A DNA stretch of 26,556 nt from a virus (IMGVR_UViG_3300043447_000329:1-26556), one strand, 5' to 3'. Positions 9,190 through 17,595 are shown, counted from the stretch's first letter. Translations and numbers: made by a program. Notes: generated by a model not told the origin, from the sequence alone.

Positions 9190-10202
9190 TATTTAAAATG
9201 TTTACTTAAAATCTCGTTTGTCATTTTATTGATTTCGTTCTTAATCTCATCTAAATCAAGTTCTTTTATTTCGTCTTCTTGATTTTCAGATTCAGAAGGA
9301 ACTTCTTCATTTGTTTCTTTAATTGAATATCTACTTAAATCAATTTCATCTGTATCCATAGGTGTGTCAATGAATTCTTCTAAAGCACTAATTGAGTCAT
9401 ATTCATTCATATCTTCTTCAGGAGATGGTTCAGACACTGGTTCCTCAGATGGTAACTCTTCAGATGATTCTTCACCACCTAATTCACCTTCTTCTCTTTC
9501 AAATTTCTTACCAATTTCTTCAATATCTTCGTCATCCAATTTATCTAAATCAACTGCCGAGATAATCATATTTAAAATGTACTTGATATCATCACTTTCC
9601 ATTTTTTCTCTTAAATCTCTTAATTCTTGACCTAGCTTACCTGCGAATTTTTGAGCTTCAGCCATATAATCCGAACGTTTAGATTCTGCACTTTCTTCAC
9701 CACCCTCAGGTGTTGGTAATGAATCCATACCAGTATCGGTTGGTTCACTTCCACCCATATCAGGTGTTGGTGCCGAATCACCTGAAGCATCAGGTGCGGG
9801 TGCTGGAGGTAAATCTAATGACGGTTCCGCCATAGGTGCTTCAGCCTGAGGTTTGTTTTGTTTTAAAACATACTTTGTTGCCTCTTGTAATTCTTCTTGA
9901 CCTTTTAAAAGTTCAAGTCTCTTAAATGCTTCTGCGTATGATGAGAATTTATTTTTGTTCTTCATAAACATACCACCAATGTAATCCAATGATGATTCGT
10001 TTAAGCCTCTTTTTACATAGTATCCGTCTTTTTCTTTAACGACACCATATACACCACCCGTTTTAGATTCTTTCACTAATTCGGTCTTGTTTGAGGAATT
10101 ACTTTTATTGTTGTTGTTTTTAAAGTAAGTAAGTTCAAGGATTCTTTTTAATTTGTCATCCCCGTTTAATTTCTCACTACCTAGCGGTTTTAAATCTCCC
10201 AT
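9189..10202 (-). CDS. Hypothetical acidic protein (337 aa), probable virion/head-associated
   Basis: Pro-rich linker and acidic C-terminal half. First gene after a TATTTATA motif. Confidence 0.75.
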   Translation of the reverse strand: MGDLKPLGSEKLNGDDKLKRILELTYFKNNNNKSNSSNKTELVKESKTGGVYGVVKEKDGYYVKRGLNESSLDYIGGMFMKNKNKFSSYAEAFKRLELLKGQEELQEATKYVLKQNKPQAEAPMAEPSLDLPPAPAPDASGDSAPTPDMGGSEPTDTGMDSLPTPEGGEESAESKRSDYMAEAQKFAGKLGQELRDLREKMESDDIKYILNMIISAVDLDKLDDEDIEEIGKKFEREEGELGGEESSEELPSEEPVSEPSPEEDMNEYDSISALEEFIDTPMDTDEIDLSRYSIKETNEEVPSESENQEDEIKELDLDEIKNEINKMTNEILSKHFK

Positions 10203-10237
10203 TTTATAATTTTGTTAAGATATACTTATTCTTATCC

Positions 10238-10245
10238 TATAAATA
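10238..10245 (-). promoter_or_regulatory. TATTTATA motif (putative late promoter)
   Basis: 35 nt upstream of ATG 10202. Confidence 0.55.
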
Positions 10246-10274
10246 CATAGATATATAGAAAAAAATAAGGTTCT

Positions 10275-11048
10275 TTATTGTGTTATGGACAATTTCTTAT
10301 CTGTAATGTCCGTTTTAAGCTTTAATAACTTCCCTATATAACCATTTCTTCTTAGTAATTTGAACGTTAAGTTCTCATACGAATATTCACCACCCGAATC
10401 CAATCCACTTTGTCTAAATTTCTTAAGTTTCTTTCTAAGTTCATCAATTTTACTTGTAACATCAACTCCCTTTTCACCCAAACTTATTAACTTATCAATT
10501 TTATTACCATATTCTAAACCTTTTTCAAGAATAAGTCTATCGTCAATATTAGGTTTAGTTTTTTCAGGTTTTACTACCCATTCATTATGTAATATTGAAT
10601 ACACACCAGATGATATATGTTCCTCATCCACATCTTGTACGTAAATTTCAACATCATAACCTTTAATTGTTATGTTGTGTGTTTCATTCCACACGTTCTT
10701 TTTAGCATCGAAAAATTCTTTAACTATTTCATTAATACCTTTTGATGTTTTATCTCCAATCTCATCAAAATCAATTAAAATGTGTAAATCAACATCTGAA
10801 AAATCAGACCAATTATAATTTGATAACGACCCCGTCAACACAATATCGTGTACAAAAAATTCAACCCCCAACGTATCAATAAAATTATCTGAAATTTCTA
10901 ATAATTTTTTTCTAATGTCGTCACGCATTTGATAATTACCCTCACTCCCGTCAAATATTTGATTAGAAAGGGTGTCCTTAGATTTAAAAGACTTAACGAT
11001 TTTGTCGTCTAATTCTTTGTCCTCAATTAAATCTTCAAATAAACTCAT
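10275..11048 (-). CDS. Nucleotidyltransferase (Pol-beta superfamily)
   Basis: LTGSLSNYNWSDFSDVDLHI fits GS-x10-DxD, with a third acidic residue in YDVEIYVQD. Confidence 0.8.
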   Translation of the reverse strand: MSLFEDLIEDKELDDKIVKSFKSKDTLSNQIFDGSEGNYQMRDDIRKKLLEISDNFIDTLGVEFFVHDIVLTGSLSNYNWSDFSDVDLHILIDFDEIGDKTSKGINEIVKEFFDAKKNVWNETHNITIKGYDVEIYVQDVDEEHISSGVYSILHNEWVVKPEKTKPNIDDRLILEKGLEYGNKIDKLISLGEKGVDVTSKIDELRKKLKKFRQSGLDSGGEYSYENLTFKLLRRNGYIGKLLKLKTDITDKKLSITQ

Positions 11049-11290
11049 TACAATTTCTTATAGTTATGACTTCTGGCGATGTTTTCGTTGAAGTGTTTTC
11101 CTTGAGATTCGGCCATTCTAAATTTAGTGAACTTATTCCAAGGAACTTTATTATACTCATAAATACTTCCATTGTTGAAAGTCACAGTTAAGTCCTCAGT
11201 TTCTGTATTATAAACTGCTTCTTTTAGGTTACTTGATTGAATGGTAACCGTAATTAACTTACCCTCGATTTTTTCTGATATAATTCCCAT
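11048..11290 (-). CDS. KTSC domain protein
   Basis: SSNLKEAVYN...LTVTFNNGSIYEYNKVP...AESQGKHFNENI is the typical KTSC pattern. Confidence 0.9.
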   Translation of the reverse strand: MGIISEKIEGKLITVTIQSSNLKEAVYNTETEDLTVTFNNGSIYEYNKVPWNKFTKFRMAESQGKHFNENIARSHNYKKL

Positions 11291-11334
11291 ATTGTATATT
11301 GTTTATGTTATAATATACAAAATAAATAGTAAAT

Positions 11335-11357
11335 AAAAAACCCCGATTTCTCGGGGT
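11335..11357 (-). terminator. Intrinsic terminator of the Hsp20 gene
   Basis: ACCCCGA-tttc-TCGGGGT with A6 on plus. Confidence 0.8.
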
Positions 11358-11362
11358 CTTGG

Positions 11363-11719
11363 TTAATTTAGGGAGATTAAACGTTCGATGGTTTTCTTCT
11401 TATCGATTGGGAGAATCAATTCTAAAACACCGTTCTCAACCTTACCTTCGATGTCTCGTTCTTTTACATCCTCAGGGATGTCATAAGATTTAACGAAACT
11501 ACCCACAAAATATTGTGTTTTATCACTTTCCCTCTTATCGAATGAAATTCTTAACACACCTTCCTTCGTGGTTATTTTTATGTCCTCTTTAGTTAAGCCG
11601 GGGACACTAATTGAAACCTTATATTCGGTTTCGTTCTTTGTGATTTTAGTTTCAGGTGTTGATAGGAATCTTTCACCATCAAAACTCTTAAAAAATGGGT
11701 CGTTAAATAATGTTATCAT
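11363..11719 (-). CDS. Small heat-shock protein (Hsp20/alpha-crystallin)
   Basis: VPGLTKEDIKI, FVKSYDIPEDV, GKVENGVLELILP. Confidence 0.92.
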   Translation of the reverse strand: MITLFNDPFFKSFDGERFLSTPETKITKNETEYKVSISVPGLTKEDIKITTKEGVLRISFDKRESDKTQYFVGSFVKSYDIPEDVKERDIEGKVENGVLELILPIDKKKTIERLISLN

Positions 11720-11773
11720 AGTTTTTATATTTTTTAATTTACAATTTACAAATTGTAAACCAAATGTTTAAAA

Positions 11774-11818
11774 CTGACATTTAGACATTCGTTAGACATT
11801 TTTTTAGACATTTTGTCT
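11774..11818. repeat. GACAT repeat array plus palindrome between divergent hsp20 and clpC (candidate operator)
   Basis: CTGACAT followed by three TTAGACAT (GACAT at 11776, 11784, 11795, 11807), ending in AGACA-ttt-TGTCT. Confidence 0.65.
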
Positions 11819-11822
11819 TTTA

Positions 11823-11854
11823 TTTGTTTTTTAGAATGAAAAATGTTATGTTTG
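11823..11854 (+). promoter_or_regulatory. Bacteroidota sigma70-type promoter for clpC
   Basis: TTTG (11823-11826), 20-nt spacer, TATGTTTG (11847-11854): a full match to the -33/-7 consensus. Confidence 0.7.
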
Positions 11855-11876
11855 TATTGAACTAAACTTATGTAAA

Positions 11877-13895
11877 ATGTCTGTAGATTTTTTTGAAGAG
11901 GGACCAACCACAAATCCTAAAAAAGTAAGAAAAGGGTCGAACACTCCGATTCTTGATAATTTTTCTCGAGACTTAATTAAAATGGCCGAGGAAGGTAAAA
12001 TTGATCCCGTAGTTGGAAGGGACAAAGAGGTAAAAAGAATTGCACAGATTCTATCTCGTAAAAAGAAAAATAATGCTGTTATCGTTGGAGATGCGGGTGT
12101 TGGTAAATCGGCGTTAGTTGAGAAATTAGCCATTATGATTTATAAGGGTGAATGTCCTTCTAATCTGTTAGATAAACGAGTAATGTCACTTGATTTAACA
12201 TCGTTGGTCGCGGGTACAAAATATCGAGGTCAATTTGAAGAAAGAATTAAGGCAATCCTAAACGAATTACAAGAAAATCCAAACGTAATTGTATTCATTG
12301 ATGAATTACATACTATGGTGGGTGCCGGTAATGCGAGTGGTGCTATGGATGCTGCAAATATTCTTAAACCCGCATTGGCACGTGGTGAAATACAATGTAT
12401 CGGAGCAACTACATTTGATGAATTTAAAAAACACATCGAAAAAGATGCTGCTTTAGTTAGACGATTCCAAAAAGTAATCTTAAAAGAACCAACTCAAGAA
12501 GAAACAATTGAAATTTTAAGAAACCTACAAGAATCTTATCAAGAATTTCATAAAGTATCATATGATGAGGGGGTTGTTGAATCTATCGTAAAACTTTCAC
12601 ATCGTTATATTACGGATAGACAATTTCCCGATAAGGCTATTGACGTATTAGATGAATTAGGTTCAGAAAAACGAGTATCGAGTCGTATTCCTGAATCAAT
12701 TGAAAAATTGAAACGTGATGTTGATGAAATTAAAGAAAAGAAATTACAAGTAGTAAAAAATCAAAATTACGAACAAGCTGCAAAACTTCGTGATGAAGAA
12801 AAGAAAATTATTAATAAGCTTGAAGATGAGAAATTAAAGTGGGCGGACAAACAAAAGAATAATAAAACACCCGTTAGTGTAAACGATGTTTATGATATTA
12901 TTTCAGATATGACTGGTGTCCCAATTACAAAATTGGATAGTAAGGAAACACAAAAGTTACTCAAATTAGAATCTATTCTATCGGCAAAAGTAATCGGTCA
13001 AGATGAGGCTATAACGTCTATATCGAAATCTATTAGAAGAAACCGTGTTGGAATAAAAGATGGTAATAAACCAATTGGTTCGTTTATTTTTATTGGTTCA
13101 ACTGGTGTGGGTAAAACATTTTTAGCAAAATCGATTGCTGACATTTTATTCGGTGACCCCGAAAAAATTATTCGTGTGGATATGAGTGAGTTTATGGAGA
13201 AACACAATGTCTCTAAATTAATTGGTTCTCCTCCAGGATATGTTGGTTACGACGAAGGAGGTCAATTAACTGAAAAAGTTAAAAACAACCCATTCTCTGT
13301 GATTTTATTCGACGAAATCGAAAAGGCACACAAAGATGTTTTCAATTTGTTATTACAAATTTTAGATGAGGGTCATTTAACCGATTCGTTTGGTCGTAAG
13401 GTTAATTTCACTAACACCATTATTATTATGACATCCAATATTGGTGCTAAACGTGTATCTGAATTTGGTGGAGGTGTAGGATTTTCAACATCATCAAGCG
13501 AACAACAAAAGTATGAAGTTAAAAAGACGATGATTCAAAAATCGTTGAAGCAACAATTCAATCCTGAATTTTTAAATCGTATAGATGATGTTATTCTATT
13601 CAATTCTTTAGATACTGAAACTCTTAAGAAAATTATCACCATTGAAATGGGTAAACTTAATTCTCGTTTAAGTGATAAGAATTATAAGATTACATTTGAT
13701 AAAACTGTTATCAATAGAATTTTTGAATTAAACAGTCAAGAAGAATACGGAGCTCGTCCACTTAAAAGAATTATACAGAACCTTTGTGAGGATTTTTTAA
13801 GTGAAGAAATTCTAAAAGGTAATATTGTTGAAAATCAAGCATACACAATTAAGTACAAAAATGACGAATTAACCATTACTAAAAATTCTAAGTAA
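11877..13895 (+). CDS. clpC: ClpC-like AAA+ ATPase lacking the N-terminal Clp-repeat domain
   Basis: Two NBDs (GDAGVGKS/FIDELH and GSTGVGKT/LFDEIEK), pore loops KYRG and GYVG, UVR-type M-domain (QNYEQAAKLRDEE), and VGF ClpP-docking loop. Confidence 0.93.
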   Translation: MSVDFFEEGPTTNPKKVRKGSNTPILDNFSRDLIKMAEEGKIDPVVGRDKEVKRIAQILSRKKKNNAVIVGDAGVGKSALVEKLAIMIYKGECPSNLLDKRVMSLDLTSLVAGTKYRGQFEERIKAILNELQENPNVIVFIDELHTMVGAGNASGAMDAANILKPALARGEIQCIGATTFDEFKKHIEKDAALVRRFQKVILKEPTQEETIEILRNLQESYQEFHKVSYDEGVVESIVKLSHRYITDRQFPDKAIDVLDELGSEKRVSSRIPESIEKLKRDVDEIKEKKLQVVKNQNYEQAAKLRDEEKKIINKLEDEKLKWADKQKNNKTPVSVNDVYDIISDMTGVPITKLDSKETQKLLKLESILSAKVIGQDEAITSISKSIRRNRVGIKDGNKPIGSFIFIGSTGVGKTFLAKSIADILFGDPEKIIRVDMSEFMEKHNVSKLIGSPPGYVGYDEGGQLTEKVKNNPFSVILFDEIEKAHKDVFNLLLQILDEGHLTDSFGRKVNFTNTIIIMTSNIGAKRVSEFGGGVGFSTSSSEQQKYEVKKTMIQKSLKQQFNPEFLNRIDDVILFNSLDTETLKKIITIEMGKLNSRLSDKNYKITFDKTVINRIFELNSQEEYGARPLKRIIQNLCEDFLSEEILKGNIVENQAYTIKYKNDELTITKNSK

Positions 13896-14560
13896 TGGAA
13901 GATAAGAGAAATCTTTGGGTATTTGGTGATTCATTTTCGGTTCCATTTAAAAAAATCGAAAATGAACACCCTTATATCCCATATAAAGGTTACTGTCCTA
14001 AAATATTCTCGAATATATTATCTGAAGAGTTAAGTTTAAATTTGATGGATATGTCTATGGGTGGTTGTTCTAATCAATCGATATTTCATACTTATATAAA
14101 AAATATCGATAAGATAAAACCAAATGACATTTTAGTTTTTGGTTGGACCCAACCGATTAGATTTAGAATAGCGTCAAAACGTAACGATTTTTATGATGTC
14201 ATAATAGCCGTTGCTCCCCATATGAACGAGTTTATTGATATGTCAATAGACACATTAAACGACGTTACAATTAATAGATCCACCTATTCAATATTTTGGG
14301 ATGAGTTGATTGATTATATAAACATTATAAAAAGAGCATCAAATGAGTCGTTAGTTTTTAATTGGACTTGGGTTGAACCTACAAAGCAATTCAACTCAAA
14401 TATCTATGAAAGTAAATTTTACGATTTACTAATTCCCTTTAAAAAGTACAAAACCGTTAAAGAAGAAACTAATGGTGATGTTGATGATTTTCATTACGGT
14501 GAGGTCGGTCATAGTGAATTAGCTAATGATTTATTGGACAAAATTAAAAAAATGTTATAA
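13895..14560 (+). CDS. SGNH/GDSL-like hydrolase
   Basis: FGDSFS block I, GGCSN, and a C-terminal DFHYGEVGH (DxH). Confidence 0.65.
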   Translation: MEDKRNLWVFGDSFSVPFKKIENEHPYIPYKGYCPKIFSNILSEELSLNLMDMSMGGCSNQSIFHTYIKNIDKIKPNDILVFGWTQPIRFRIASKRNDFYDVIIAVAPHMNEFIDMSIDTLNDVTINRSTYSIFWDELIDYINIIKRASNESLVFNWTWVEPTKQFNSNIYESKFYDLLIPFKKYKTVKEETNGDVDDFHYGEVGHSELANDLLDKIKKML

Positions 14561-14597
14561 ATACTTTACTTTTTATTAAAAATATATATATTTATAT

Positions 14598-14704
14598 TCT
14601 CAGAGGTTCTCTTTGTCGATTACCTTTTCGTTTTTTTTCAATAAGTAAGTGGGGTTGAACCCACCGAAAGACCTTAAAACCCCGACAACTCGTTGGGGTT
14701 TTTT
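14598..14704 (+). ncRNA. Candidate small non-coding RNA 1
   Basis: Follows TATATTTA/TATTTATA (14587-14596). Has no ORF, an internal hairpin GTGGG/CCCAC and 5'-3' pairing AGGT/ACCT, and ends in a terminator. Confidence 0.4.
14676..14704 (+). terminator. Intrinsic terminator
   Basis: AAAACCCCGAC-aactc-GTTGGGGTTTTTT. Confidence 0.8.
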
Positions 14705-14710
14705 ATTGAA

Positions 14711-14742
14711 TTTGGTTTTCTCATTATAATTTCGTATATTTA
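14711..14742 (+). promoter_or_regulatory. Bacteroidota-type promoter
   Basis: TTTG, 20-nt spacer, TATATTTA, 6 nt before ATG 14749. Confidence 0.55.
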
Positions 14743-14748
14743 CTTTAT

Positions 14749-14964
14749 ATGAAAAAAGTAACATTTATTTTAGCTCTTGGTGTAATGTTTACACTAGCAG
14801 CTTGTGGTTCAGAGTCAACCGCAAATCAAACAACTGACTCAACTGCAGTTCAAGCTGATACTACCGCAGTATCAACTGATTCTACAACATCAGGCGCACC
14901 AGTTGAAGCAACTGAATTGAAATCAGATGTAGAGAAACCAACTTCTAACGAAGAAGTTAAATAA
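14749..14964 (+). CDS. Small lipoprotein (71 aa, Thr/Ser/acidic)
   Basis: MKK + hydrophobic core + LAAC lipobox. Has its own promoter and terminator. Confidence 0.85.
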   Translation: MKKVTFILALGVMFTLAACGSESTANQTTDSTAVQADTTAVSTDSTTSGAPVEATELKSDVEKPTSNEEVK

Positions 14965-14970
14965 GAAACA

Positions 14971-15000
14971 GGGTCGGTAATACCGACCCCATTTTCTTTT
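14971..15000 (+). terminator. Intrinsic terminator
   Basis: GGGTCGGT-aat-ACCGACCC followed by a T-rich tail. Confidence 0.7.
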
Positions 15001-15017
15001 CATTTAAATCTAAAGTA

Positions 15018-15440
15018 ATGGAAAATGTTTTTACGGGTGATTTAATTCTTTTAAGAGGAATACCCGGTTCGGGGAAAAGTACATTAGCAAATATAATTTT
15101 ATTACAACCAAATAATAATCCACAGGAAGTTTTATCCGCGGATGATTTTTTTGTTGACAATAACGGAGATTATGTTTTTGATGGAACTAAAATAAAAGAA
15201 GCGCACAATTATTGTCAATTTAGATGTTCAGAAAGAATGAGACAAGGTATTGCCAGAATTGTTGTTGCTAACACATTTACTCAAGAATGGGAAATGGAGA
15301 CTTATTTTAATATGGCCGAAAGATACAACTATAGGGTTCATAGTGTAATTGTAGAAAATAGACACGGGAATGAAAATGTTCACGGAGTTCCTGAAGATAA
15401 ACTTCATCAAATGAAGGATAGGTTTCAAATCAAATTATAA
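15018..15440 (+). CDS. P-loop kinase (AAA_33 / polynucleotide kinase-like)
   Basis: LLRGIPGSGKST, SADDFF, VVANTF, NVHGVP. Lies upstream of an RNA ligase. Confidence 0.85.
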   Translation: MENVFTGDLILLRGIPGSGKSTLANIILLQPNNNPQEVLSADDFFVDNNGDYVFDGTKIKEAHNYCQFRCSERMRQGIARIVVANTFTQEWEMETYFNMAERYNYRVHSVIVENRHGNENVHGVPEDKLHQMKDRFQIKL

Positions 15441-15554
15441 GTGAGTCAATTTATTGAATCTTTTATCAAATCAGTACACCCACCACAAAAAACACCAATC
15501 AAAAATTGTGTTAACTACATTAGAAAAATATTACGAAAATGGTTTGTTACATAA
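15441..15554 (+). CDS. Possible 37-aa ORF overlapping the ligase start
   Basis: GTG immediately after the kinase stop, giving MSQFIESFIKSVHPPQKTPIKNCVNYIRKILRKWFVT. Confidence 0.3.
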   Translation: MSQFIESFIKSVHPPQKTPIKNCVNYIRKILRKWFVT

Positions 15555-16716
15555 ACAAACCCACCCAACTCTTGATTTAACTATTTGGAATTATACACCA
15601 AAAGTTCAGTATGAAAGATTATGGGACGATATTACTATACAGTGTCGTGGATTAGTTACCAATTCAAAAGGTGAAATTGTTGCTCGACCATTCAAAAAAT
15701 TCTTTAATTATGAAGAACACAAGCCGGAAGATATTCCTAACGAAAATTATGTTGTCTATGAAAAAATGGATGGATCTTTAGGTATTCTTTTTTATTATGA
15801 ATATGAATTGAGTGATGAGAGGAGATATAACATATGGTTTAATAACAATTATGAGACGGGTATGGAAAGATTCTTTGACCCGAAAAACTTACCTGATTTT
15901 GATGACCCATATTACGAACCAACCCCAAAAAGAAAAGGTGAATGGATAATGGCAACTCGTGGTTCATTCACATCATCACAGGCAATAAAGGGGAAAGAGA
16001 TATTAGATAAAAAATATGACATTAGTTCATTAAGAAAAGATAACACATATTTGTTTGAAATAATTTTTCCTGAAAATAGAATTGTTGTTGATTATGGTGA
16101 TGAAGAAAAATTAGTTGTTCTTGGGGCTATACATACTGAAACCGGCGATGAAGTTCCTGACAGTAGTATATTTTTTATGCAAGAAGGTGGGTTTGAAATT
16201 GTCACAACGTATAAAACGTGGGGTGAGGGATATGATTTACTTAAAGAAGAAATTAGTAAAGATAAAGAAGGTTATGTAATTCGTTTTAAAAATGGTTTTC
16301 GTATGAAAATTAAAGGAGATGAATATGTTAGACTACATAAAATTTTAACTAACATCTCTAATCGTGATATATGGGAGTATTTGAAAGATAATAAACCATT
16401 TGATGAATTACTTGAACGAGTACCCGATGAATTTAACGATTGGGTTAAAGAAACGGTTCGAGATTTAAGATATACTTGTTATCATATCCGTGAAACTGCG
16501 GGTAAATTACACGATAGATTTAGGTACGGTTTATACAATGATGTGAACCCTGAACCAACTAAAAAGGAATTTGCCAACTATGTAATTAAACAACCAGAAC
16601 ACTTACACGCAATTATGTTTGCAATGTGGGATGGAAATAATAAAAAAGTAGATGAAATAATTTGGAAATTAATAAAACCAAAATATTCAAAACCATTTAA
16701 GAAAGATGAAAATTGA
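15454..16716 (+). CDS. RNA ligase, T4 Rnl1-like (true start possibly GTG 15508)
   Basis: CRGLV...ARPFKKFFN, motif I EKMDGS, ATRGSF, FEII, EGYVI, MKIK. Confidence 0.9.
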   Translation: MNLLSNQYTHHKKHQSKIVLTTLEKYYENGLLHKQTHPTLDLTIWNYTPKVQYERLWDDITIQCRGLVTNSKGEIVARPFKKFFNYEEHKPEDIPNENYVVYEKMDGSLGILFYYEYELSDERRYNIWFNNNYETGMERFFDPKNLPDFDDPYYEPTPKRKGEWIMATRGSFTSSQAIKGKEILDKKYDISSLRKDNTYLFEIIFPENRIVVDYGDEEKLVVLGAIHTETGDEVPDSSIFFMQEGGFEIVTTYKTWGEGYDLLKEEISKDKEGYVIRFKNGFRMKIKGDEYVRLHKILTNISNRDIWEYLKDNKPFDELLERVPDEFNDWVKETVRDLRYTCYHIRETAGKLHDRFRYGLYNDVNPEPTKKEFANYVIKQPEHLHAIMFAMWDGNNKKVDEIIWKLIKPKYSKPFKKDEN

Positions 16717-17185
16717 AAAAAAGAGAATATATCTTGATGACGTAAGAACACCATTACAAGATGATTGGATTGTGGTAAGAAATTATGATGATTTTGTTGG
16801 TAAAATAAAACTTCACGGTTTAGAAAATATTGAATCGATTTCTTTAGATCACGATTTAGGGGATAGTGCAATGTTTGAATATTACAATAACGTAAAGGAT
16901 AATTATGAATTAAATTATTCAAACATTACTGAAAAAACCGGTTATGACTGTTGTAAATTTTTGGTTGGTCACAGTATGGAAAAAAACATACCATTACCTC
17001 AAATATATGTACACTCAGCTAACCCAATAGGGAGTGCAAATATGGTAGGTTATATTAACAATTATTTTAAAAATTGTAAATCACCTCAAGTTTGTGTGCA
17101 GGTTAATATCCCACATACTATTAGTGAGGAATTTCATTTGTCACCTGAATTAAGAGAAAAAAAATGGAAAAGAAGAGGTGATTAA
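16706..17185 (+). CDS. Cyclic-phosphate-processing receiver-like domain protein
   Basis: IYLDDVR, ISLDHDLG, TGYD, VHSANPIG. Coupled to the RNA ligase. Confidence 0.8.
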   Translation: MKIEKKRIYLDDVRTPLQDDWIVVRNYDDFVGKIKLHGLENIESISLDHDLGDSAMFEYYNNVKDNYELNYSNITEKTGYDCCKFLVGHSMEKNIPLPQIYVHSANPIGSANMVGYINNYFKNCKSPQVCVQVNIPHTISEEFHLSPELREKKWKRRGD

Positions 17186-17236
17186 TTTTTTATTTCATAA
17201 AAATGATATATTTTTGCGTTAACTAACTAAATCCAT

Positions 17237-17572
17237 ATGACCAAAACTACTAACACCACCAAACAAAAGTATTTCAAAGAGTTAAAAATAGACGGGAAAT
17301 ACAATGATTTCAGTGACTTTTATGATGAAAACAAGGAAACTATTTATAAGTCAATTATTGAGGTTTTCAAGGAGTTTAAAGACACTAAGAAAAGGAAACT
17401 AACACTTAACATCTCAGCTAAAATCAAAGGTTTAGAATGGGATACCGAATTTAACTTCGATAGGACCGAAACAATCGTATTAAAAAGGGACGTGATGCCT
17501 TATTTTGAAGAAATTGAAGATTATGAGACTTGTGGTGAAATATTAAATTTACACAATTGCTTGACTTTGTAA
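17237..17572 (+). CDS. Hypothetical protein with a C-terminal UVR-like motif
   Basis: 111 aa ending FEEIEDYETCGEILNL. TATTTTTG (-7-like) at 17209-17216. Confidence 0.7.
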   Translation: MTKTTNTTKQKYFKELKIDGKYNDFSDFYDENKETIYKSIIEVFKEFKDTKKRKLTLNISAKIKGLEWDTEFNFDRTETIVLKRDVMPYFEEIEDYETCGEILNLHNCLTL

Positions 17573-17591
17573 AAATAATTACATAGATTTA
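17560..17591 (+). promoter_or_regulatory. Bacteroidota-like promoter for candidate sRNA 2
   Basis: CTTG, 20-nt spacer, TAGATTTA (one mismatch in each box). Confidence 0.45.
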
Positions 17592-17595
17592 TATT

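Noticed and set aside
11987-12029. Possible pairing of candidate sRNA 1 (CTCTTTGTC, TTACCTT) with clpC mRNA
   Set aside because: Two short blocks split by a ~22-nt gap inside the CDS, compatible with chance.
14556-14563. TATAAATA at the SGNH gene stop as a T4-type or antisense late promoter
   Set aside because: It overlaps a TAA stop in very AT-rich sequence, and no minus-strand gene follows.
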